From the human T2T-CHM13v2.0 reference genome, Homo sapiens: DNA of 64,000 bases. Positions 41,963 to 56,358 of the stretch are shown piece by piece (within the stretch, counting starts at the first letter, position 1; every line of letters starts with the position of its first letter). A program made the translations under genes and the position numbers. The notes beneath the pieces were generated by a model that was not told where the DNA came from, searched no databases, and saw nothing but the letters and a program-made list of their open reading frames with translations. The DNA is taken from NCBI RefSeq assembly GCF_009914755.1, contig NC_060929.1; one strand, 5' to 3'.

Positions 41963-43479
41963 AACTCCCAACATGGCATAGGTACCAGTTGGGGAAGAAA
42001 CACTTGTGCAACTGTGACAGGTGAACTGGGGTCTTAACTACCTGTTCATGCAGCTTGATTATAAATGTATCATTTCCATCTTACAATGTGGTGCTGCTGG
42101 GCTCACCCAGCTTATGACTTGATCCAACAAAACCAGCTCATAATAGGCAGTTTCAGATACATGATCACTTTGTACCCAATGGCCAAGTGATCTATCTCTG
42201 CTAGGGCCCAGGAACACATTATGAGTTGTTTCTCCAGTGGCAGATACTTGTCTGCTGTGGATGGCATGGCCTTGCTCTGGAATCCCGGGACTTCAACATT
42301 AGTCTTTCACTGGGGCTTACAGCAATGTTTCTTTTATCTTAGAGGGGATATTCTGTTAAGCCCCTGAACACTGGACCCCTACAAACTTTACTAAAGTGGC
42401 GGGTCCCTGAATCTTCACAGCATCCATCTCGCACACTGAGGGTACACTTGTCTCACCTAGGCTTCCAGTGTTTAGCCACCTCTTGCTCATCCTGTTGGAT
42501 CAGCATGACACCATCAATCAGCGTAATGCATTGGTGTGATGTTCTGTGGGGTGTCTGGTTAGTTCAGGTCTTTAGGACCATATCATGACAGAGGGCAGAG
42601 AGTTAAGAGAGCACAGAGGCAAAATTATCAATAAATGTTGCCAGTTTCATGATAAAGTGAATTGTTTTGGATCCTCTTTTCTAATCAGAATAGAAAATAA
42701 CACATTTACTGGATCAATGGCCACATATCTTATATGTACTTTAGGGCTTATTAATCCCCTCTAGCAGAAATCCCACCTCCAGCACAGCAGCTATGATAAG
42801 GGCTATGACTTGGTTGAGCTTGCAGTAGTCTGCAGTCATTCTCCGGGATCCATCTGTTCCCTGCAGTGTCTGACTAGCAAATTAAATAAAGATATGAGAA
42901 GGACCATCAGCAATGCATCCCTTAGGTTTTTAATGGTGATGCTAATTGTCTCCATCCTTCTAGGACATAGTATTTTTTATTTACTCTCTTAGCCAGGAAG
43001 GAGCAGGTAGCTTCAGAGGATTCCACTTGACCGTCTCTACTACCATCATTCTTACCTCACAGGCCGAGGAGCCAATGTGGATGCCATACCAACTGCTAAG
43101 CTTGTCAATCCCAGTTTCACACTCAGGGACTGGGGAAATGATCATATTGTGGTTTAACAGATCCAGGAGACCTTCCATGAACTAGATTTTAGCCATGAGT
43201 ACATTCATATCCTAATATTTGTAAGCCCCCTCTTTAACAAGGGGACTGTGCGCATCCTTTGGGTCTCTGGGCATCAACGTCACTTCAGATCTATCTAGAA
43301 GTGTTTTAAATATCTGGGTATCCCCTTTTCTTAGTGTACAATAACCTAAGTAAATATTCTAGTATATACCTCCCATAGCCTTTCCAGATCCTTTCTTTTA
43401 AGGACTAATTCACCCCTTCAGTCAACTGGTTCTGGATCTGAAAACTGACACTGGTTCAGGAACTGAGTAAGAGTCCAGA

Positions 43480-43780
<301 letters not shown>

Positions 43781-44349
43781 CCATGACTTCATATTGGGGT
43801 AATTTCCCTCAGTCTCCTGCTCCTTCAGTCTTGCTTTTTTTGGGGATTGGGGGAATTATAGAGGTTAAGCATCACCTTGTAGGCTGCCCATCTATCTTGC
43901 TCCTAGGAGTGCCACGCTCTATCAGTCACTGCCACAACTCCATGAAGCTCTTTTAGCTGCCGCTTCAAACTTGCCAGTCATTATGGTAAAAGCTGCCAGA
44001 GCTGGCTTCTGATGCCTAATGTACCTGGCCTCTGTTACTTGAGAATGAGGAGACATCCCTGTGGATACTAACCAGCCCAGCCCTGTGACCACCTCTCTGG
44101 CCTGGAGAGGAGAATTACCACTGGACCTCTTCATGGTGATGGTACCCCTGATAGCCTTGGTTGATGGTGTGTGCTCTGAGGCCTCTCATAGAGCATGATC
44201 CTCTGGCCTCACATAATGTATCCATTCCAGCTTTCTCACTTCCTTCAACTTCTTTATTTCTTTCTCTACTATCTTTCAGGGGCAAATCAGGCATTCCTAT
44301 GTTGTTCAGCATGGACCATTACTTTCTCTGGGCTTCTAGGAACTATTGA

Positions 44350-44916
44350 ATTTGTCATTGATTGCTGTGCTAAGTTATTGTTTTCCATAACTTAGTGGCT
44401 TAAAACAACAAACATACATTATCTCAGAGTTTCTGTGGGTCAGATTGGGAGTGGTTTAGCTGGATGGTTCTGGCTCAGGGACTCATGAGGTTGTAGTCAA
44501 GGTGTCAGTCAAGGCATCATCTGAAGCTTTGATTGGGGCTGTAGGGTCTACTTCCAATAAGGCACGCTCACATGGCTGGCAGTTGGTGCTGGCTGTCAGC
44601 TGGGATGCCTCAGTTCTCCATGTGGCCTCCCAACCTCCAGGACCTCTCTTCTCCATGTGGCTTCTCCAGAAAGGTAGCCTGGACTTCTTTACTTGGTGGC
44701 TGGGCTAAATAAAGAGGCTAAAGAGAAAGAGAGCATACACCTAAAATTTCAACCAATATAATCATGGAAATGACATCCTGTCACTTCTGCTGTATTCTAG
44801 TTATTAGAAATGAATCCACAAGTTCAGCCTACATTCAGTGGGAAGGGATTAAACAAGGGCATGAATATTAGGAAGCGAGGTCATTGAGACCATTATGTTT
44901 GAGGCTGCCTACCATA
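44350..44916 (-). mobile_element. MLT1 (E/F-type) LTR nested in ERV-L gag
   Basis: cttagtggcttaaaacaaca...ttctgtgggtcag...gaggctgcctaccata. Confidence 0.75.
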
Positions 44917-45639
44917 GCTACCTAACAGCAAATTTGCCCCCAGCTCTGGGGATCTTTAACCAGGTGTTAAATCCCATGGCCCAAGAAAGTGCCCCCAAGT
45001 CAATGAATTCTTGCTTATTCAGTCCTATATTATTACTCCTTGATCAAGAACTCTCAAATCTAACCCTTGAGATCCTTCCCTTTCTCCTCTTGATTCATGC
45101 TAGCTCATTCTTATTAATCATTGTATAGTCTCTTCTCTCCCTTATCAGGCTCAGCACATCCTGAAATGTAATCCTAGGTATTGGAAAGTGAAGGCAGTTC
45201 CTGAGGGACCAGAGAACCTGTGCTTTGTAGGGGAGAGGTCTCTAGCATCAGTCAGCATGGGGAAGTACTAACTTGGGTTACCTCTGCAATCTCTACGGTG
45301 CAGAACCACCTCATGGAGGTGTGGATGAGGAGGTTCATCCCCTTGGATATTACTAATAAGAAGCCCAGAGCATCCATCTAGATGTCCCCATATGGTAGGG
45401 GCCAGGTTTTCCAATTAGGATCTTGACTTTAGTAAAACAGACTAGTCTAGGCTGAGCATTTGAATGCCTTTGGAACTCTACACCTCTAACAATCAAGTCC
45501 TGCAGCTGTTTCTCAGCTCTGTTAGCCCTTCCACTACAGGAAATAAGGGCCTCTTGGCAAACTTCCAAATAAGCCCTCTGGTTTTCACACTTAGCCTTTA
45601 ACTGTTTGTATAACTGTTTGTTAAAGAACCTCAGTTTCA

Positions 45640-45983
<344 letters not shown>

Positions 45984-47994
45984 TTAGCAAAAAACAGCGA
46001 ACTCTTCTGTCCCTGTAGACACTGCCTCCCTGAATATCTTTCAAGTGTCTGATTTGTCCCACCTGCAAGGCTGTTCCCTTCCACCAGTATGCATCCCCAG
46101 GCTACCACCAGCACAGCTTCAGCAATTAGGCTGCCACCTTGTGCCAGGGACTCTCTGTGCCCCACAGTCTACTTAGGATGGTGTCCTCTTTGCCTCCCTA
46201 GTAGTGAGTGAGGCAGTTCCCAAGCCCTATCATTCTGTCTGTTTTCTCCAACCATTCCTGTGCTAGTTGGGGTCCTCTAAGAAACAGATGCCAAGGGCGA
46301 TGATGCGCAAGAGATTTATCTGCAGAAAGGAGAAGGAGCAAGATTAGACAGGGAGAGCCTTCAGACTGCTCTGCAGAACTGGTATCTGGTTAAGGAGACT
46401 GGGAAGAGGATTCATTAGGAAGAATTTCAGACTCTGGTGCAGTTCTAAGAAAGTTTCAGCCAAGCTAATGGAGAGTGCTCAAGCCATGGTTAGAGGGGCC
46501 TGCACTAGAACCCCGCCATGTTTCGTCATTGGCTGGGAGCAGCTCTAGGAAGCAGAGCCTGGGCATAAACAACGAGGCAGGTCCAGAGTGGCTATCAGTC
46601 AACTACACACCCCACCCCTCCCCAGCTCCTTAGGGGAGGATATCTGAACAGACTTTTCTTGGTCTTCCAGTGTGCAAGTGCCCAATTGCTGAGAACTCCA
46701 ACTTCCCTGCTCACTGAGCCTGGTGAGAATGTGCAAATATCCTGAGTCACCAATCGTCTGAGTCTGAGGCCCCCTCTGTCCTGGAAGTGCAGCCAAATAC
46801 CCCTTCTGGGCCTCCCCTTACATGCCCCACACTGGCCCTGGGCACGGGCCTGGTCTCAGGAATGAAAACTGATAGGGCATGGAATTGCCGCAAGGCAGGC
46901 AGAGAGAGGGTGGGGCATATGGTGCACTTTCTGTGAGCCTCATCTAAGATTTACTGGTCAGACTTGAAAAATCTGAGACACTGAAGGTCCCAACAGCCAA
47001 ATGGGTTCCTCAGGGTTAAGTCCGAAGCAAGAGACTTACATTGTAATTTGAGGGGATCACAGCTGTGTTCCTGCCCTGTGTTTGTAGCCTCAACTTCCAC
47101 CCTCGGAGTCATTCCTTTATCTAGAACACAATCTTCTCTAGACTCCTATTTTTAAATGATGTTCCTCACCCCCCTCCCAATCCTGCCCTCACTTCTCAAG
47201 AACGAGATGATGAAATTGCAAATCCTCCCATATGAACTCATTTTCCTGGTCCTTTCCTCAATCCCAGGAATAACCCTGGGTAGGAGGAATGCACCAGGGG
47301 GTGCTTACAAGGGGAAGAGCAGATGGGAAGGCAAGCGATCTACTGCAAAATAGGCTGCTCTTCCCCACCAGGAGGGAGCAGTTGATTACACATTTTTTTC
47401 TGCGTGGTATTTGGCCATGTTACCTGTTAGTACTCTAGGAAGAGATCTTTGTGTCTTTGAGGTAGGAAAACAACACTTAATGTCATGCAATGGGTAGACC
47501 AAGAAATGGATAAAATCAGGCAATGTCTGTGTCCCCTTGCTGCCTCCAGCAGGTGCTGGAGAGAGGGGAGAACGTCAGAGTCGGCTTAGCCTACCTGCAC
47601 GCTTTTGTCTTGAACCTCTTGAGGGTGAAAACCATCCCAGTTCCAAACTGGAGGGGAGCAATACACCCTTCTCTCACCCTGCAGCTTTGTGGGACAGAAC
47701 ATTGTGCTCAACCTGGAGAGCAGACGGCTGTGATTGTTCTCTTTGCAGGCAGGCAGCCCTTGCTTGTTCCCAGCTACAGGACAAAGCCGATGCAGGAAGA
47801 GCTAGTCTGGGGATTGGCTTTTGACCAGGAGTTCTTCACAAACGTTACAGGCAGAGTGGGGAAAAGTAGAGGTACGGGTCTCAAGGGGATTGGCCTCCAA
47901 GGCCTCCAAAGTGGAGCCCCCCACTACTGCCTCTCACCCTGTGTGGACCTGGAGATCTAGTAATCAAGCATCTCTGGGCCTCAGCTACCAACTC

Positions 47995-48033
47995 TGATAG
48001 ATGATAGATAGATAGATAGATGGATGATAGATA
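47995..48033. repeat. (GATA)n imperfect STR within a MIR
   Basis: Direct inspection. Confidence 0.85.
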
Positions 48034-48839
48034 GCTCCTCTCTCATAGCATTGTTTTAAGATTTAAGGGGGTAAGTTGTGGAGTGCCCAGTCCAGGCCTG
48101 GCATTCTAAGTTCTTATCAATGAAAGCTGCTGTAAGTGTAGTATTCCTGGGCTGGGTATTGAGCAGCAGATGTGTACTCTTTCCCAAGCTCAAAGGTGTC
48201 TGAAATGTCCCATGACTTCATTACTTTTAAAAAATGATATGAAGTCCAACTCCCAGCCCCTGTTCTATCAGGCTTCAGGAAACTCCATCTCAGTTATTAT
48301 TACAAACCCTCCACCCTCCAGGTTTCCCAGGCTGCGCAGACACTGGGGGCTCCACTATAGTTGACTCAGGGGACTAGTGCATGGGCCTTGTCCAGGCTCA
48401 CCTTGTCGGGTGAGCACCTGAAACCTGAACTTCTGTGCCTCTCAGGGTGCAGGACTCTCATACCTGGCTCCCATGCCTGGTGTCTGCCTTCCTTAGCCCA
48501 CGTTGAAGCTCTCTGTTCCTCCTCCATTTGCAACTCCCCAGATCCCACATGACCTCAGGGATCTATAAGGAGGTATCTCTAGGACCCATCGTTCACCAAC
48601 CTGCAGATCTCCCACTGCTTGAAGAAATCCTGTTCCTCCTCTTCTCAACCAAACACAGTAAGGCCCCGCATGCTCCAATCCCCGGGGCCCCAAGCATCTG
48701 CTCCTTAGCTTGGTAAGATCTTCACGAAAGAGAGAATGACAAGCTGGCTTCAGACAACTTCTGCTTTTAGCTCTGAATCACAAACTCCCCCAAGGCAGGA
48801 AGGTGCTGGGGTGGGAGTAGTAAGAGAGTGAAATATACA

Positions 48840-49657
<818 letters not shown>

Positions 49658-49664
49658 AACCAAT

Positions 49665-50378
49665 ATATATATATTTTTTAATATCAATAGGTTTTTGGGG
49701 AACGGTGATGTTTGGTTATATAAGTCAGTTCTTTAGTGGTGATTTGTGAGATTTTGATGCACCCATCACCCGAGCAGTATACACTGAACCCAATTTGTAG
49801 TCTTTTATCCCTCACCCCTGTCCCACCCTTTCCCCTGAGTCCCCAAAGTCCACTGTATCATTCTTATGCCTTTGCATCCTTATAGCTTAGCTCCCACTTA
49901 TGAGTAAGAACATATGATGTTTGGTTTCCCATTCCTGAGTTACTTCACTTAGAATAATGCTCTCCAATTCCATCCAGGTTGCTGTGAATGCCATTATTTT
50001 GTTCCTTTTTATGGCTGAGTAGTACTTGATGGTGTATATATACCACAATTTCTTTATCCACTTGTTGATTGATGGGCATTTGGGCTGGTTCCATATTTTT
50101 GCAATTGCAAATTGTGCTGCCATAAACATGTGCGTGCAAGTATCTTTTCTGTATAATGACTACTTTTCCTCTGGGTAGATACCCAGTAGTGGGATTGCTG
50201 GATTAAATGGTAGCTCTACTTTGAGTTCTTTAAGGAATCTCCACACTGTTTTCCACAGTGATTGTACTAATTTACATTCCCATCAGCAGTGTAAAAGTGT
50301 TCCCTGTTCACTGCATCCATGCCAACATCATTATTTTTTGAGTTTTTGATTTTGGCCATTCTTGCAGAGATAAGGTGC
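49665..50378 (-). mobile_element. L1PB-type 3' end
   Basis: Minus ORF MFMAAQFAIAKIWNQPKCPSINKWIKKLWYIYT (ORF2 C-terminus) plus L1PB 3' UTR. Confidence 0.92.
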
Positions 50379-50840
50379 TGATATGTATTTTTTTTTAAAG
50401 TAACTTTGGCTGGTAGGCAGAGAATGGTTTGTGCCGGGGCAAAAGTGGAAGCAGGAGACCTTTGAGAAGCCTCACCATAGCACAGGGGAGACCGTGGCGC
50501 CTGTACTACAGTGGGAACAATGCCATTATCCCACCACAGTATACCACCATGGATGTTATTATTTTAATAGTCACACTACTAGATTACCAGCAAAAGCAGT
50601 ATGGCCTCCTTTATCACTTCTAGTGGGCATTTTAATTACATTCTTTCTTATTTCTCTTTTTGTTTAGGAATGAACATATGCAGTTTCCTACTAAGTTATT
50701 TTAAATCTTATTCTCTGTCACCATAAAATTAAATTGTATTTCTGAGAAGTATATTCTTATGATGAGTTCTTTATCTTTCATGTTTTCCATTCCCATTTGG
50801 TGTTTCAGAACCTCATGATTAGCCAGCTAGTTCTTCTCCT

Positions 50841-51434
50841 TATGATGGTTAATTTTACGGGTCAACTTGACTAGGCTAAGGGATGCCCAAATCGCTGGTA
50901 AAACATTATTTCTGTGTGTCTGTGAAGGTGTTTCTGGAAGAGACAAGCATTTGAATCAGTAGACTGAGTAAAACAAACTGCCCTCCCCAATGTGGGCAGG
51001 AACCATCCAGTCTGTTGAGGGTGCGGCTAGAACAAAAAATCAGAGGAAGGGCTAATTTTCTCTCTCTCCTCTTGAGCTGGGATATCCATCATCTCCTGTC
51101 CTCAGACATCAGAGCTCCTGGTTCTTGAGGCTTCAAAATCCAGGACTTATACCAGCAGCACCTACACCTCCCTACCTCCCTTCCTATGCCCTAACCCCAA
51201 CGTAGACCTCTGACCTTGGACAGGGAGTTACGCTATGAGTTCCCGTGTTTCTCAGGCCTGCGGACCAGACTGAATTACACCACCAGCTTTCCTGGTCCTG
51301 CAGTTTACAGACTGCTTATCATAGAACCTCTCACCCTCCATAATCCCCATCATGAGCCAATTCCCAATGTAAATCTCCTTTATATCTCTATGAATCCTTT
51401 TTGTTCTGTTTCTCTGGAGAACCCTGACTAATAT
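50841..51434 (+). mobile_element. MLT2 (B-type) ERV-L solo LTR
   Basis: tgatggttaattttacgggtcaacttgactaggctaagggatgccc...tctctggagaaccctgactaatat. Confidence 0.88.
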
Positions 51435-52893
51435 CCCCTTCCTCTTTCTTCTTTTATCTTCTAGTGAGGATTGGATTTGGTCGACTTCTGTCTTCATTTT
51501 TGAGCCAATTCCTCTTCATAACCTTTGCTGTTCTTCACAAAGAAGGCCATCAAAGGCTAAATAAAGATTTCTATCATAAAAATCAGTCATATTTAGTCAT
51601 AATCATGTGTATCTTAAGCACTTACCATGTGTTAGGCACGAAGCTAAAAGTTTGTCTCATTTAATTCTCAAAATGAAATGGATATTTCTATTATCCCATT
51701 TTACAGAAGAAGAAAAGCTCTGGGAAACTAAGCACACTTCCTAAGGTCTTATGCTAGAGTGAGTGGCAGAGCCAGCTTTCAGGGCCAAGTGTCTGATTCC
51801 GAGGTACACTCTTGATTAGCCACCTCATCTATCATTGGCCCAGGGGATGGTTTTTCCAGGCTCGACTAGCCCAGTTTGAAAACAGAAGGACATGGAGCTA
51901 TGTGAGCATAGACCATAGTTGCATTCTTTGCACCTACAGGAAGTAAACAACATGCCAATCCAAGTCCTAATGCAAATAAGAGCCTATTTGTTTTCTGAGT
52001 CAATCCTTCAGGTATTATCTGTAACAGATCTGTGGCTCCTCTGGTTAGACTGGGCCTTGATTGAATGTGATGTTGCCGTCAGTCTAGATTTGTGCTTACA
52101 TATGTGACTGGTCCCCAGATGCCATACAACACTTAAATGCAGCCCAGTAATGGTTCCTGACCACCGCACCTCCACTCCAAGAACACATAGCTGATGCAGC
52201 TGCCGAGCTATTTCCTAGCCTAATTACTTTCTTTATTTTCATGCCTGGCCATTGTTAATGACATTTGGCCATCAAGCACACAGTAAATAGAATTAGGATG
52301 TATTGGAAAAATATGACTTCTGTACAGAAAGTTGAGAATCCAGAAATTGCCATCTGGATTTTATGTCTTCTTGCACAATAAGACAGCCTCTCAAGGCAGC
52401 ACATTTTGGGAGTAGCTTGGCAACATTCAGCAGCAGCTTGATTCCTCTTTCTTTATCCTGCCTGCTCCCAGATGCTGAGTCCTGCTCTGTAGCTTGAGTG
52501 GAGCAGGAGATGGGTCCGTGGAGGAAAAACCTAAGGCTGTGTCTTCCTTGTTCTCTGGCTCTGACCACTGCCAGTCCAGCACAGTTCTGTCTACGCTCAT
52601 GCTGCCATGCTGCTGCTTTTCCCTCTGAAGTTTTAATGAAATTGTCCTAGTAAGTCTGACCCTCATATTCTGCATAGAGCACCCTTTATTGTTTCATGTA
52701 TTTTTGAAGGCTAGTAGAGCTTCCTAAGGAAGGCAGGTCAGGAGATGGTAAACCAAAGCTCTCACTAAATGCTAGCCGTTACTACTACTGCTACTGGTAA
52801 AAACCTCAATGTGGGGTTCGTCCTTTCTCTGCCTCTTACATCTTCCTTGATGCCTAGAAGAGTGCTGGGTACACAATAGATATTCTTTCATAG

Positions 52894-53338
<445 letters not shown>

Positions 53339-53564
53339 TTTCTTCAATATACTTTAAATCAATTGATGCTCTTTTAAAAAATTGATTCCTTTTGCAATCT
53401 ATATATTTCATCACTACCACAAACTGGAAACCAGCACCTTGTGCATTAGGTGGAAGGGAATGTTGAAACTTAATTTTTAACTATTAAAAAAAATGTGTCC
53501 TTGTATTATCTAAAAACGTCTATGTCCCCTGTGAAATAGGACATTGAAGTCTGAGCTTTGCTTG

Positions 53565-54002
53565 AAGGGGGCGGTGGTCAGGGCTGTCAGCGCGCATCAG
53601 ATCTTACTGCTTCATTGTGCTCTGGACACATCTAATTGCCAGTATCTGCATCTCTGTGCATGAGGGATTTTCTGGGAACCATAGAAGGCCCGTCTGCCCT
53701 GGCCTGTAGGCTGCCAGAGAATTAACACCCTAAGAGTAGCTGATGGCTGATGGGAATTGGTAGATAAGTACCCCAGCTCCCCATGCCTCTTGTGGGATAC
53801 TATTCCCCAGAGTGTCCCTGTGGGGTTGGACTCTTGTCACTTACTGTAGTAGCTGGCTGAATAACACATCCTTTTTTGGCTGTCTTCCTTTCCTCTATCA
53901 CCTCCCCAACCCATAAGCAGTGTCCCTACACTTCCCAAATGAAAGGCTTGCACTTGAATCATTGTTTCCAGGTCTGCTTCTGGGAGAGTCCAAACCAAGT
54001 CA
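53565..54002 (+). mobile_element. LTR16-type ERV-L LTR
   Basis: gggaattggtagataagtaccccagctcccc...ggtctgcttctgggagagtccaaaccaagtca. Confidence 0.7.
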
Positions 54003-54394
54003 GGGGCTGCTTGCAAATCAGGGGTCAGTGGTCATTTTTATACTCACCAGCTAAGGTTTGCATGATGTGTGCTTTGTACAACTGTGCGTTGACTATGCCA
54101 ATTTATCAAATGATAAGTGGGAACAGATGCAACCACACTTTGACAAATATTTCATCCAGGTAGCATTTTCCCTACAAAAGAAATGATTTGAAAATATTTT
54201 TCCAGAAAAAAATTTTAAAACAAAATCTAAATGGTTTCCAATAGTAATGGCTCTTTCCAACACACACAAGTAAATATGAGCTATTTTTTATTTGGATAAT
54301 GTTTTGTTTGGATAATGTCCTCCAGTGAAAGAAAGTCAATGTGCTTCAAGCCTGGGAGATATTAAGCCGAAAGCTTGGTTATAAATGCAAATAA

Positions 54395-54725
54395 AGCTGG
54401 GTGCAGTGGCTCATGCCTATAATCTCAACACTTTGGGAGGCCAAGGTAGGCAGATCGCCTGAGCCCAGGCATTCAAGACCAGCTTGGGCAATATGGCAAA
54501 ACCCCATCTCTACAAAATAATAATAATAATACTTAATAATAATAATTTTAAAAATTAGCTGAGCATGGTGGCGTATGCTTGTAGTCCCAGCCACTTAGGA
54601 AGCTGAGGTGGGAGGATTCCTTGAGTCCAGGAGTTCGAGGCTACGGTGAGCTATGATTGCACCACTACACTCCAGCCTGCGTCACAGAGTGAGACTCTGT
54701 GTTTAAAAAAAAAAAGAAGAAAAGA
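54395..54725 (+). mobile_element. AluJo-like with (TAA)n-expanded middle linker
   Basis: Dimer with taataataat expansion at 54515-54550. Confidence 0.9.
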
Positions 54726-55805
54726 AAGAGAGGAGAATGGGTCCTGGATAGGCAGCTAACAACTCTGTCACAGAATAAGGGTCAAGGAAAATTCTTTTGA
54801 GGAAGTGACATCTAAACTAAGACTTAAAAATAAAGTAGAGTTACCTATGCTAACAGTGGGAGAGGCATTCCGGGAAGAGGGAAGAGCAATACATGAAGGA
54901 GGGAAAGGAGGGGAGGAGAAGAGAGTGCAGCTTCCCAGTTGTGCGTCCCATACTAAGCAGCATGAGATGATTCTGGCCCCTTCCTGGCTTCCCATAGAGA
55001 GGCACAAGGACTGCTGTCAAATAATAAAAGAATGCCAAGCAGGAATATTAAGTGACTGTTCTCAGAAAGAGAAGATTATGTATCACCGTTTCTCCATGAC
55101 TCATCCCTTCCCACATATCTTCAATTTTGAGCATTTAGTCCTTTTTCCACTGGAAGTATGAAATGGTGGTCCCTCTTCCTGCCAAACTCCCCATCAGCTT
55201 TGTTTTGGACATTGGCAAAAAGAAATCCTGTTTCCTGTCTTTTGTTTCCTGGCTGTAGCCTCTGGTTCCACCCCCTTCTCGGTCTCACAGTGTCTATTTC
55301 CGCCTCAGGCCCCAGAGTTTCTAACAAACCCGTAGATCAGTTTTCTCTTCCATAGTTACTAGTTACACAGAATTATCAAAGAGGAAAATAACTTTTCTTC
55401 ATCCCAGGGTTTTTTTTCTCCTTGGATCACTTTGTTTAGTTTTTTTCTTAGGTTAAGTTCCCAGGCTCTCCTCTGCAAAGGCAGGAAGAAATTAGCAGGT
55501 GTTGGGGGCCCAGTTCTCCCCGGGAACATACTGGAGCCCTACTGGTGTCAGACCAGAAATGATGTAATCAAGTCACTGGCAACAGAATGAAGACAAGGAA
55601 AACTCCAGGGTTTATATCTTGGGTGTGGAGATTGAGATATAATATATGGCCAGGAGGGGGAATAAGGCGGGCCTCCTTGCAAAGAACAGTTTTTGAGTTT
55701 GCATAATTTTTCCCACTTCTAGGCTGGTTGACCTTAAGCAAGTTACTTGACCACTTTAAGGTTTGGTTTTTTGATCTGTAAAAAAGGAAATCACAGTACC
55801 TACCG

Positions 55806-56358
55806 ATGATGTATCTATCCACTTGACTGGGCTAAGGCATGCCCAAATAGCTGGCAGCACATTATTTCTGGGTGTGTCTGTTAGGATATTTCTGGAAGAG
55901 ATCAGCATTTACATCAGTAGACTGAGGAAAGAAGATTCACCCTCATCAATGTGGGCAGGCATCGTCCAATCTGAATAGAACGACAGGGCAGAGGAAGGGT
56001 GAATTTGTTCTCTGCTGAAACTGGGACATCCATCTTCTCCTGCCCTTGGACATTAATGCTTTTGATTCTCAGGCTTTTGGACTCTGACACTGACACCAGC
56101 AAGCATCTTCACCCTCCAGCTTCTCTGGCCTTGGGCCTCATACTCTGAGTTACACTATGAGCTCCTGCTCCCATTTCTCAGGCCTTTAAACTCAGACTGA
56201 ATTATAGCACCAGCTTTCCTGGTTCTCCAGCTTGCAGACATCATACTGTAGAACTTCTCATCCTCCGTAACTGCATGAGCCAATTCTATAATAAATCTCC
56301 TAATGTATCTCTATATATATCCTATTGGGTCTGTTTCTCTGGAGAACTCTAATAATAT
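55806..56358 (+). mobile_element. MLT2 solo LTR inserted in a MIR
   Basis: acttgactgggctaagg...tctctggagaactctaataata; TSD ctacc; MIR halves on both sides. Confidence 0.85.
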
